Source: Alphaproteobacteria bacterium (GTDB lineage: Bacteria > Pseudomonadota > Alphaproteobacteria > Micavibrionales > UBA2020). Taken from it: DNA of 64,000 nucleotides. Below the pieces are notes generated by a model. It had not been told where the DNA came from and ran no database searches. It saw nothing but the letters and a program-made list of their open reading frames with translations. The stretch is from assembly GCA_030682495.1 (NCBI GenBank), contig JAUXOC010000026.1, positions 15,129-79,128 on the forward strand, in the 5' to 3' direction. Below are positions 8,950 through 17,766 of the stretch, in pieces (the stretch's first letter is position 1; every line of letters starts with the position of its first letter). A program made the position numbers and the translations under genes.

Positions 8950-10565
8950 CAGCGCATGTTGGACAGGCGGCGGTGAATCGCATCCAGCGCGATCGGCTCT
9001 TTAATCATGCCTTCGGACGCCATGCGCACGATCTGACGGTAAAGCGCGGCGGCTTTTTCTTCGTTGCCCATGCGGTCGTGCAAGACGGCGCGGTTATAGA
9101 GCACATAGCCGTTACCCGGACGCAGCGCGTCGGCGACGTCGAAATATTTCAGCGCCTCTGCATAGGATTGCATACCCGCATAAGACACGCCCAGCTGCGC
9201 CGCGATATCGGCGTTAAAGGGATAGGCTTCGCGCAGCTCGATTAGCTTTTCCAGCGCCAGCGCGGGATTTTGCAGCTTGAGGATACCGAGCATATTCGTC
9301 AGTGCCTCAAGATTTTTCGGGTCATTGCCGAGCACTTCTTCGTAAACTGTCAGCGCCTGATCGTGCTGGCCGAGCTTCTGCATCGCCAGCGCGCGGCCCA
9401 TACCGACGCGGGTATCGCGCGGATAGTCCTGATGCAATTCCCCAAACAACTGTAGTGCTGCCATGTCGCGGTTCTGGATCAGCGCACTGCGCGCGGTTTT
9501 AAGACGCGAATCAAGCGCACCGCCGTCTTTTTCTTTACGGACGATGACATAGCTGTCGGGCATCGGGCGCACAATGGCGGGCTGGCCGAGAATCTCTGTC
9601 ACGGTGCGTCCTGCTGCTGCCGGATCAGCCGCTGTCGCTGCGGCGGGCGCGCTCAGCTGGTCGAGCATGGCTGCGTTTTCAACGATGGCTTTTTCGGCAT
9701 TCGTGGCCTCGGCACCTCCGTTCATACTCGCTGGCGGCGTTGCTGCCCCAAGCGCATCCATCACACGCGGCATCGGCAAGTCTTCTTTGGGCGGGGAAGC
9801 TTCGGGCGGCGTATCGGGCATCGCGACCGGTGCAAAAGCATCGGCCATGACGTTTGCAGGCATATCGGGCGCGCCCGCATCGTCAGCGGGGATCGCGGGG
9901 ACAGACGTCGCCGTCTCATCCACCAGCGCAGGCACGGCGGCCATATCTGCAGGCGGAGCGCCTAAAATATCTGCGGGCGCGACGCCCAAAATATTTGCGG
10001 GCGGAACGCCCGGGGCCTCCAGCGGATCGGCCGCTGTCATAAAGTCGCCTGCCGCGCTATCGGCGGGCACGATGGCCAAAACGTCATCCGCCGCAAAGGC
10101 TGCGGTATCCGCCTGTGCAAGGGCTCCGAAATCCGGCACATCGGCCAGACCTGCGGGCAGATCAGCGACTTCTTCGGCGGGCGTTTCCGGCATCGGTGGC
10201 ACGGGGCCGCCCAGAATATCTGACGTCACATCGACGGCCATGGGGGCCGCTGCTGTCGCTGTTGCCGGCTGTTCGATCATTTTTGCCACGCGCGGCGCGG
10301 GGGCAGGTTCATCCATCATCGTCATGAAATAATAAGCACCGCCGGCACCGCCCGCGAGCAGAAGGCCGAGAATGCCAAGCATCAGGCCCTTGCGGCTTTT
10401 GCCGCCACCCTCGCCCAGATCGCGGTTGGGTGCGCTGAGCGCGCCGCCGCTTTCGGCGCCGTCGTCCAGTTCACCGACGTCGGCGGCATCAAAGCTCTCG
10501 TCCGCCGTATCATCGGCAAAAACGTCTTCTTGTTCTTCGTTATTTTTGCTGCCAAAAAGCTTCAT
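8949..10565 (-). CDS. Bitopic TPR-repeat pilus-biogenesis protein (MshN-like architecture)
   Basis: It has an acidic N-terminus, one TM (GLMLGILGLLLAGGAGGAYYF), a ~300-aa Ala/Pro-rich low-complexity linker, and C-terminal TPR-like repeats (...ALTVYEEVLGNDPKNLEAL... and ...AEALKYFDVADALRPGNGYVLYNRAVL...). Confidence 0.65.
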   Translation of the reverse strand: MKLFGSKNNEEQEDVFADDTADESFDAADVGELDDGAESGGALSAPNRDLGEGGGKSRKGLMLGILGLLLAGGAGGAYYFMTMMDEPAPAPRVAKMIEQPATATAAAPMAVDVTSDILGGPVPPMPETPAEEVADLPAGLADVPDFGALAQADTAAFAADDVLAIVPADSAAGDFMTAADPLEAPGVPPANILGVAPADILGAPPADMAAVPALVDETATSVPAIPADDAGAPDMPANVMADAFAPVAMPDTPPEASPPKEDLPMPRVMDALGAATPPASMNGGAEATNAEKAIVENAAMLDQLSAPAAATAADPAAAGRTVTEILGQPAIVRPMPDSYVIVRKEKDGGALDSRLKTARSALIQNRDMAALQLFGELHQDYPRDTRVGMGRALAMQKLGQHDQALTVYEEVLGNDPKNLEALTNMLGILKLQNPALALEKLIELREAYPFNADIAAQLGVSYAGMQSYAEALKYFDVADALRPGNGYVLYNRAVLHDRMGNEEKAAALYRQIVRMASEGMIKEPIALDAIHRRLSNMR

Positions 10566-11314
10566 GATTCGTAGACCCTTTTCGATCCTTCAATAGATTT
10601 TAGAAATGCACGCTCCAGATATTCCTGCCCCGTCTGTTCGCGCAGGGCCGCCGGCGTGCCGACAAATTGTATCGCGCCGTCATGCAAAACGGCGATGCGG
10701 TCGCATAGCTCGTCCATATCCGACAGGATGTGCGAACTGAGAAAAACCGTCATGCCACGGCTGCGGCATTTCATGATTTCGTCTTTAACAAGAACGCGCG
10801 CGCGCGGATCAAGCCCGCTCATCGGCTCATCGAGGATCAACAGCGGGCATTCCGTCATCCACGTGCCGATCAATCCTGTTTTCTGGCGCATGCCCTTTGA
10901 ATAGGTATTCACGCGGCGCGGCAGCGCATGACGCAGCAGCGCAACGCGGTCGGCGGCCTCCAGCACGGCTTCCTTGCTGTAAGAACGTCCGTAGAGGTCG
11001 AGCGAAAACTTGACGAATTCAAGGCCGGAGAGAAACGGCGGCGGCTCGAATTTTTCCGGCAGATAGGCGGTACGCGCCTTGGCTTCAGGGTCCAGCGTTT
11101 GGCGGCCAAAAACCTCGACCTTGCCTGCGGCGGAATCCATCAGTCCCAGAATAATTTTAATCAGCGTCGTCTTGCCCGCACCGTTCAGACCGATCAGCCC
11201 AAACGTCTCGCCCGCCTGCACATCAAAAGAAATCCCCTCAATCACAGGCCCATGCCCGTAATCAGCGGTGATACCGTCGATATGGATGGCGGTTTTGTGC
11301 GCGGACGCGGTCAT
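10562..11314 (-). CDS. ABC transporter ATP-binding protein embedded in the pilus operon
   Basis: Walker A GLNGAGKTT, signature YSKGMRQK, Walker B LLILDEP, H-loop SSHIL. It overlaps the downstream TPR gene by 4 nt. Confidence 0.9.
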   Translation of the reverse strand: MTASAHKTAIHIDGITADYGHGPVIEGISFDVQAGETFGLIGLNGAGKTTLIKIILGLMDSAAGKVEVFGRQTLDPEAKARTAYLPEKFEPPPFLSGLEFVKFSLDLYGRSYSKEAVLEAADRVALLRHALPRRVNTYSKGMRQKTGLIGTWMTECPLLILDEPMSGLDPRARVLVKDEIMKCRSRGMTVFLSSHILSDMDELCDRIAVLHDGAIQFVGTPAALREQTGQEYLERAFLKSIEGSKRVYES

Positions 11315-11316
11315 GC

Positions 11317-11913
11317 TTACTGCGACCCTCCCGCCGTATCATTGTAAAGGATACCTGTTACAATGTCGTAGACCTGATGCGGTCGCATTTTGATATTGAT
11401 GACATCGTTCAGGCCGATGTCATACCAGCTGAGAAATATCTCGTCTTTTTTCACATCAATGCGGTGGATTTCCTTGAGCAGGTAGCTTGGGTGTAGCTTG
11501 TAGCCGTTGAGCCAGACAATCCAGGTTGCATCGTCTTTATAGTATATGCCGCTGAGTTTGATCTTGCGGTCGACCGGAATAAGTTCGGTTTTCTCTGCAT
11601 CGAGAAAGGCTTCGTTCGACCTGCGCCCCGCCGCTGCTTCACGCAGCGCTGCAATCTCGACGCCGGAAAACAGCAGTGTACCACGGAAAGGCGTCTTAAC
11701 CGTCGCCGGCGCGGCAACCGGTTCGGCGGCGGGCTGCCCTGCCTCTGCGGCGTCAACGGCCACCCCGACGGCATCGGACTGCGCGGTGGTATCAGGCTGC
11801 GCCGATGCTGAACTTTCCACCGCAGGCTGCGCGGAGATAACGTCTTGCGCCAAGGCCGGCGGTGCAAAAAACAATGCCAGCAAGACAAGAAGGGAACTGG
11901 TCGCTCTCATCAT
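11317..11913 (-). CDS. Secreted protein, PilP-like
   Basis: Signal peptide MMRATSSLLVLLALFFAPPALAQD. The C-terminal beta-rich segment IKLSGIYYKDDATWIVWLNGYKL...IHRIDVKKDEIFLSW resembles the PilP pattern. Its start overlaps the stop of the PilO-like gene. The family call is tentative. Confidence 0.5.
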   Translation of the reverse strand: MMRATSSLLVLLALFFAPPALAQDVISAQPAVESSASAQPDTTAQSDAVGVAVDAAEAGQPAAEPVAAPATVKTPFRGTLLFSGVEIAALREAAAGRRSNEAFLDAEKTELIPVDRKIKLSGIYYKDDATWIVWLNGYKLHPSYLLKEIHRIDVKKDEIFLSWYDIGLNDVINIKMRPHQVYDIVTGILYNDTAGGSQ

Positions 11914-12563
11914 GGTTGCCCCCACCCGCTCGCCGGCTTCTTATCGGTTTGCGCCGGCACAATTGTCAGCCAGTCGAAGGCGACCTTCGCGGTCATGGCG
12001 GTGTTTTTCTCTTTTCTTCTGATCTGCTGCAGGAGTGTGGCATCCATTTGCGCCGCGCGCGCGATCGAGAAAGAGCTCAAGCGCACATGCGCCGGAAAGG
12101 TTTTTTGCATGACATCGATGAAGTTATAAAAGTCGCTATCTACCAATGTCGGCACATCTTTGACATTGATGCGGCTGTAGACAAGGCGCGATTGAGATGC
12201 CGCCGCATCGCTACTTGGAATTTCCTTGATCTCCGTCACATCAAAAGGGAAGCCAGGCAACGCCGCGCTATCTTTGACACGATCAAGATGCCGCATCAGA
12301 TCAAAACGATCCTGCGCGTTGAAAAAACCGACAGATTTAAGCTCTTCATATTTGGGCAGGTTGACCTTGAAATCAGCCAGTTCACGCTTGACGCCTTGAA
12401 TTTTGCTTTGCAGCCCGGCAATTTCACTTTCGATCCCCGTAAGCTGGATTGATGCGCGGCTGCGCATCGGCTCGATCACGAAGAAATACAGCCCGGCTAT
12501 TGCAAGGTTGATCGCCAAAAGAATTGCAAGAATCAATGCGCGTTTGATACCGATCAGCTTCAT
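11910..12563 (-). CDS. Bitopic pilus-assembly protein, PilO-like
   Basis: One N-terminal TM (RALILAILLAINLAIAGLYFFVI) is followed by a coiled-coil segment and then a ~120-aa globular C-terminus. It sits directly after the PilM/N-like gene. Confidence 0.55.
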   Translation of the reverse strand: MKLIGIKRALILAILLAINLAIAGLYFFVIEPMRSRASIQLTGIESEIAGLQSKIQGVKRELADFKVNLPKYEELKSVGFFNAQDRFDLMRHLDRVKDSAALPGFPFDVTEIKEIPSSDAAASQSRLVYSRINVKDVPTLVDSDFYNFIDVMQKTFPAHVRLSSFSIARAAQMDATLLQQIRRKEKNTAMTAKVAFDWLTIVPAQTDKKPASGWGQP

Positions 12564-14194
12564 CAGAGGGGCGCTCCTTCCATCTGGAATTGCGCCAGAT
12601 CTTTGACGCCGCCACCGCCGCCTGCCGCGATATCACCCACACCGCCAGTGCGGCTGCCTTCACGCGAAAAATTGCCGAACTGGCTCATGATCGAAATTTT
12701 ATACTCGGGGAACTGCCCCTTGAGGCTCTCCAGAAGCTGCTCGGCACGCTTAACTTTTTGCTCCAGCGGGGTTTTATCCGGCATGGCGAACTTAAACTGA
12801 ATCTTGACCGTTCCCTTGTCGGCCGGGTCCGGAAAGAAACCGAACCGCGGCTGCCCCGTACTCCCCTCCAGTGCGAGAACCGGCCCGGGGATATGCTCGA
12901 ACGACAACTCTTCCAGATTTATATCACCACCCATCGCCGTTTTGAGACGATGCAGGATCGGGGCGAGGTCAACGGTATTCGTCTCCAAAAGCGTTTTAAC
13001 CGCCATTGCCGAACGTACAACTGCCGGCTGGATGGGCAGGTCGTCGAAGACGGCCGCTTCTTTTTCGTACTCGCGCTCTTGCAAGGCCTTCTGGTTTTGT
13101 TTCAGCGCGATTTCGTTTTGGGTTCTGTTATAGCCCAAGTAAGATTCGACGCCCAAACCCGCAAAGCCCAGAACGCCGAGCCCCAGCACAAGACTGCCGA
13201 CCGAGGCGGCCAGACGCGGTGCCATGACACGGTGCAGGCTGGGCACGCGTACCGGCAGCCTGAGACGGCCGTTTTTACTGATCCAGGCCGCATGCAGCGC
13301 ATCGGCAAAGTTGTTTTTTTCATTGCCGCTGGCTTTGGTGCCGATATGGCGCATCGCCTCGTTGAGGTTGAGACAATGGAAGTGAGCGAAGCCCATTTCG
13401 GAGGGCTTGAAGAATTGCTTTTCAATGTCGCCGCAGATAACAACAACATCCAGCCCGTCTTCGGACGAGAAACCATAGCGCGAAATATAGTTCGCCGTGG
13501 CTTTGAGTTCGCGCACGGCATCTTCGACCCAGGCGGGTCCGCCGGCTCCGGCATCCGAGGTCGGCGTCATACGCGTCAGGGCGAGGTTGCCGTCTTTGAC
13601 AACCAACTGGCGCAAACCGCCGGTTTCGTGCTGCCCGACAAGCAGCGCCCATCGTGATCTTTTACCTTTGCCCGCGAAAACTTTTTCGGCAAGCTCGGAC
13701 ACCAATCTGGAAGATTCTACCGGCAAGAGGCCGAAGCCGCCGATCGGTACACCGGCATCGAGCATCGCGGCGCTGATGCGGTCAACCTGTTCGGTGTCCT
13801 GCAACGCGGCAAAAAGATAAGAGGGCGCGGCCTTGACCGCAGGCGCCCGTCCGAATTTCTTTTTGGGCGGCTTGATTTCAAGCGATGCGCGGATCGGATA
13901 GGCCGGAAAGGCCAGTTCCAGCTTGCGCTTGACATACCGCGGACGGTCAATCGGCGACAGCTTGGGGATATTGTCTTCTTTGCGGTACGTCTGGTCGTTG
14001 CCGTCAAACAGCACCGTCACAGCGCGCCCGACGCTCTTTTCCGACAGCACCTCGGCCAGCTGGTCTTCGAAGTTCGGCACTTCCCAGGAAATCGAGGTTT
14101 CACGTTCCATACCGAAACGCGACGACGGGCCGTAGAGGGTGACCCCCTCGCCGCCGACTATCAATACGCGCCGCCCTCTGTTGAAGCCTACCAT
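12563..14194 (-). CDS. PilM-PilN fusion-like (GspL-like architecture) pilus assembly protein
   Basis: A ~330-aa cytoplasmic domain is followed by one TM (LAASVGSLVLGLGVLGFAGLGV) and a coiled-coil/periplasmic domain. I chose the internal start MVGFNRGRRVLIVGG at 14194 because the longest ORF (to 14251) would overlap pilC by 56 nt. Confidence 0.55.
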   Translation of the reverse strand: MVGFNRGRRVLIVGGEGVTLYGPSSRFGMERETSISWEVPNFEDQLAEVLSEKSVGRAVTVLFDGNDQTYRKEDNIPKLSPIDRPRYVKRKLELAFPAYPIRASLEIKPPKKKFGRAPAVKAAPSYLFAALQDTEQVDRISAAMLDAGVPIGGFGLLPVESSRLVSELAEKVFAGKGKRSRWALLVGQHETGGLRQLVVKDGNLALTRMTPTSDAGAGGPAWVEDAVRELKATANYISRYGFSSEDGLDVVVICGDIEKQFFKPSEMGFAHFHCLNLNEAMRHIGTKASGNEKNNFADALHAAWISKNGRLRLPVRVPSLHRVMAPRLAASVGSLVLGLGVLGFAGLGVESYLGYNRTQNEIALKQNQKALQEREYEKEAAVFDDLPIQPAVVRSAMAVKTLLETNTVDLAPILHRLKTAMGGDINLEELSFEHIPGPVLALEGSTGQPRFGFFPDPADKGTVKIQFKFAMPDKTPLEQKVKRAEQLLESLKGQFPEYKISIMSQFGNFSREGSRTGGVGDIAAGGGGGVKDLAQFQMEGAPL

Positions 14195-14195
14195 C

Positions 14196-15410
14196 TCAGA
14201 TACCCATCTTGCCGAAACTGTCGTAAACCGGGCCGAATACCGCCGCGGCAATCCACATGATGATGCCGCCCAGCACCAGAGTCAGCATCGGCTCGATCAT
14301 CGCGATCATGCCATCGACGGCTTCGTTCACATCTTTGTCGTAGAATTCCGCGACCTGTTCGAGAACGCCGGTCAGGTTACCGGACTCCTCGCCGATCTTG
14401 ACCATACGCACGACCAGCGACGGAAATTCGCCGGAGTTGTTGAGCGACTGCGAGATCGGGCTGCCTTCTTGCACCTGTGTGCGCACGTTTTCGAGCGCTT
14501 CGGTAATGACCAGATTGGTCGAGGTCTTTTTTGCGGCATCAAGGCATTTAAGAATTTCAAGGCCGCTGCTGAACAAAACGGCAAAGGTCTGGCAGAACAT
14601 GGAAAGAGAAATTTTGCGGATCACAGGCCCCAGAACCGGTGTATTCAGCGCGATGTAATCGGTGTGGTAGCGGAAACCTTCGGATACCGCACGCCCGATA
14701 CGCATGATAACCATGATGGTAATCACAATCCCCGCAATATGCGCCCAGTAGTTCACCACGAATTCAGACGTCGCGATCAGCGCGAGCGTCACACCGGGCA
14801 GTTCCTGCCCGATGTTTTTCAGGAAGCCGACAACCTCCGGCACAACATAGCCCATCATCAGACCGACAACACCCACGACGACGACGATCAGAATTTTCGG
14901 ATAGCGCGTGGCTTTTTTGATCTTGGCGGACATCATATCCGTCCATTTCAGGTGGCGGATGACCTGCGCGAAAGCGGTGGTCAGGTTACCTGTTTCCTCA
15001 CCCGCGTTGAGCAGAGAGATAAAGATCGGCTGAAAAACCATCGGGTGTTTGGCGAGCGCATTCGACAGCGACGAGCCGGAAGACACTTCGGAATAAACAT
15101 CGCCCATGATATCGCGCAGGCGCGTGGATTCTGCCGTATCGCGCACGTCAGACAAGGCGTCGAGCAGCGGAACACCCGCTTTTTGCAGCTGTTCAAGGTG
15201 GACGAACATTTGAATCAAATCGCGCGTTTTAACCTTGGCCGCGGTCAGGGCCGCCAGCTTGCCGACTTTTTCGTTCATCTCCTTGCAGTCCAGCAAATTC
15301 ATGCCGGTTTCCTGCAGGCGGTTGAACAATTCGGATTCATTCGCCGCGGTCACGACCCCGCGCACCGGGCGACCTTTCGCGTTGATGGCCTTATAACTGA
15401 ACTTCGGCAT
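14196..15410 (-). CDS. pilC: Type IV pilus / T2SS platform protein (GspF/PilC family)
   Basis: MPKFSYKAINAKGRPVRGVVTAANESELFNRLQETGMNLL is a typical PilC N-terminus. The protein has duplicated GspF-type segments and 3 TM regions. The start was moved to ATG 15410; the longest ORF extends to 15527. Confidence 0.88.
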   Translation of the reverse strand: MPKFSYKAINAKGRPVRGVVTAANESELFNRLQETGMNLLDCKEMNEKVGKLAALTAAKVKTRDLIQMFVHLEQLQKAGVPLLDALSDVRDTAESTRLRDIMGDVYSEVSSGSSLSNALAKHPMVFQPIFISLLNAGEETGNLTTAFAQVIRHLKWTDMMSAKIKKATRYPKILIVVVVGVVGLMMGYVVPEVVGFLKNIGQELPGVTLALIATSEFVVNYWAHIAGIVITIMVIMRIGRAVSEGFRYHTDYIALNTPVLGPVIRKISLSMFCQTFAVLFSSGLEILKCLDAAKKTSTNLVITEALENVRTQVQEGSPISQSLNNSGEFPSLVVRMVKIGEESGNLTGVLEQVAEFYDKDVNEAVDGMIAMIEPMLTLVLGGIIMWIAAAVFGPVYDSFGKMGI

Positions 15411-15551
15411 GAGTAAGTGACCAACTATCCCGCATTGAAAACACCCCGCAGACGGCAGGGTTTGCATCTTATACTGATACAACAAATATAAAAGGAAACC
15501 AAGTACTTGTCGCAGACCTTCGCGCAAAGTTTCGCGCGCGCGTTTTCCGAT

Positions 15552-17486
15552 TTACATGCGGTCGGCGAAATTGAGGGTCTGGCGGACGGATTCAAGCGTG
15601 GTCGTGCCTTCGTATATTTTCAAAATACCGTCATCGAGCATCGACCTGAAGCCCTTGGTTCGCGCCAGCTTTTTCATCGCTGATTTATGGGAACCAGAGG
15701 CGACCACATCATCCATTTCCTCGTCAAAGTACAAAATCTCGATACATGCCACACGGCCTTTGTAGCCGGTATTATTGCACTCCGGACAGCCACCGGGGTG
15801 ATAGATCGTCGGCGGTTTGGCAGGGTCGATCGGGTTGCCGTCCGGCCCGTCGCGCAGCAATTTGACCTCTTCCGGTGTGGCCGCCTTGCCGACTTTGCAC
15901 TTCGGGCACAATTTTCTGACAAGTCGCTGGGCGAAGGTTGCAATAATCGCGCCTGCGAGCATCCCGGGCTGCATGCCCATATCGACCAGACGCGGGATCG
16001 CGCCGAAACAGTCGTTGGTGTGCAGCGAGGTATAAACCTGGTGACCCGTCATCGCGGCCTTGAGCGATTGCTCGGCCGTGACCTTGTCACGCACCTCACC
16101 GATAAAGATGATGTCCGGATCCTGACGCAGCAGGGCTTTAATCCCCTCGCCGAAGCCAAGCCCCGCGCCTTCGCGCACATGGGTCTGACGGATCAGACCC
16201 AGCGAATATTCCACCGGATCTTCCAGCGTCTGGATGTTGACGTCCGGCGTGTTCACCGCGTTCAACATCGAATAGAGCGTCGTCGTTTTACCCGAACCCG
16301 TCGGACCGGTCACGATGATGATGCCTTCGGGACGCGCCTGACATTTTTCGATCAGCTTCATGTTGTGCTCGGAGAAGCCGAGCTTGTCGAGCGGCACGAT
16401 AGACGCGCTTTTGTCCAGAACACGCAGAACGATGTTTTCGCCATGCACCGTCGGCAGCGACGACACACGGAAGTCGGCTTCACGGCCGCCGACGTTAAGG
16501 TTGAAGCGCCCATCCTGCGGCATCAATTTATCGGCGATGTTCATTTCCGACATAATTTTGAGACGCTGGGAAATACCGTTCCAGTATTCCTTGTGCATTG
16601 TATGGACGGTAACAAGGTCGCCGTCGACGCGGTAGCGCAGGCGGATAAAGCTTTCTTCGGGTTCAAAGTGCAAGTCGGACGCGCCCATTTTCACAGCTTC
16701 AAACACCAGCGCGTTGACGAGTCGCACGATCGGATGGCTATAGGCCTCGTCTTCGGTCAGCGTTTCAAGGTTGATCTTGGTGGAGGCCGCATCGCCCGCC
16801 AGCTCTTTCAAAATCCCGTCAATCGATGTCGTGACGCCATAGGATTTATGGATGGTGTCGGCCAGAATTTCCGGCGGGCAGACCAGCGTGGTGATCGCGC
16901 AGCCGCGCGGCAAAAGCTGTTTGAGTTTGTCGAGCGCAACGACGTCATAAGGATCCGCCATCGCCATGACGGCGGTGTTTTTGATACGGTCAACCGTGAC
17001 CGGAATCATCTGGTATTTCAGCGCGTCTCTTTTGGGGACGATATCAATCGACGTCGGGTCGAGCATCGTCTTTTTCGGATCGAACTGCTGCAGACCCGTG
17101 GATTCCGCAAGGAAGGTCGAGAGAACTTCGGAGCTGATAAAGCCCATATCGACGAGAATTTCGCCGATCAGGCGGGTGGAGCGCTGCTTTTCGTAGAGCG
17201 CGACTTTCAGCTGGTCGGGGGAAATCAGCCCTTGCTCGACCAGTTTGTCGCCGATGCGCTTGTTCTTGACGTCACCGCCCGCCGGCAGGTTGGCGGTTGA
17301 CAAATTAATACCTGCCTCCGCCGGCTTTTCAAGCTCGAGCGCAGGTTTGACCGCTTGTACATCCTTCTCGTCCGGCGTCATGCTCAGCTCCGAAAGGTTT
17401 TCAGGCGACATCTCGAAATTTTCTGATTTTGGCGGGGCGCTTTTATCTTTGAGCGCCTTTTCTTCGGCCATATTGATAAACCCCAT
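15552..17486 (-). CDS. pilB: Type IV pilus extension ATPase (PilB/MshE family) with an MshEN-like N-terminal domain
   Basis: Walker A GPTGSGKTTT, Asp box, Walker B DPDIIFIGEVRD, His box GHQVYTSLHTN, and a tetracysteine CPKC...CPEC. The N-terminus contains RIGDKLVEQGLISPDQLKVALYEKQRSTRLIGEILVDMGFISSEVLSTFLAES. Confidence 0.92.
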   Translation of the reverse strand: MGFINMAEEKALKDKSAPPKSENFEMSPENLSELSMTPDEKDVQAVKPALELEKPAEAGINLSTANLPAGGDVKNKRIGDKLVEQGLISPDQLKVALYEKQRSTRLIGEILVDMGFISSEVLSTFLAESTGLQQFDPKKTMLDPTSIDIVPKRDALKYQMIPVTVDRIKNTAVMAMADPYDVVALDKLKQLLPRGCAITTLVCPPEILADTIHKSYGVTTSIDGILKELAGDAASTKINLETLTEDEAYSHPIVRLVNALVFEAVKMGASDLHFEPEESFIRLRYRVDGDLVTVHTMHKEYWNGISQRLKIMSEMNIADKLMPQDGRFNLNVGGREADFRVSSLPTVHGENIVLRVLDKSASIVPLDKLGFSEHNMKLIEKCQARPEGIIIVTGPTGSGKTTTLYSMLNAVNTPDVNIQTLEDPVEYSLGLIRQTHVREGAGLGFGEGIKALLRQDPDIIFIGEVRDKVTAEQSLKAAMTGHQVYTSLHTNDCFGAIPRLVDMGMQPGMLAGAIIATFAQRLVRKLCPKCKVGKAATPEEVKLLRDGPDGNPIDPAKPPTIYHPGGCPECNNTGYKGRVACIEILYFDEEMDDVVASGSHKSAMKKLARTKGFRSMLDDGILKIYEGTTTLESVRQTLNFADRM

Positions 17487-17766
17487 GATTGATGTATCAC
17501 TGCCTCCTCATGCTAAAGCATCGCACAGAATGGTTAACAAAGGCGCAATAAATGCTAAAATTTGTTATGAAAATCAACTATCTACATGAATATCTTCAAG
17601 ACCTATTTCGCACCGGCGGCGGTTGACAGGCTGTTTAAAATGCCTATTTTCACACCCTGTTCTTTAATTGGGGCAATCGAAAGCCGAATCAAGTGCTTAG
17701 CCCACCCCGCTTGAACATTTTTCAGAATGCGCGTAAGCTTCTGTCTCCGCTTCTCAAAAAGGCTTT

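Noticed and set aside
9600-10330. Ala/Pro-rich low-complexity segment of the TPR protein, considered as a separate repeat element or a mis-assembled region
   Set aside because: It stays in frame within one ORF that has a sensible TM-linker-TPR architecture. The + strand ORF 9574-10332 is its Ala/Ser/Gly-rich mirror image.
17487-17766. Cobalamin riboswitch upstream of the DUF2147-like/CobT-like operon
   Set aside because: I saw no B12-box-like (GCCACTG) element or conserved riboswitch stems. The region looks like a plain divergent promoter spacer.
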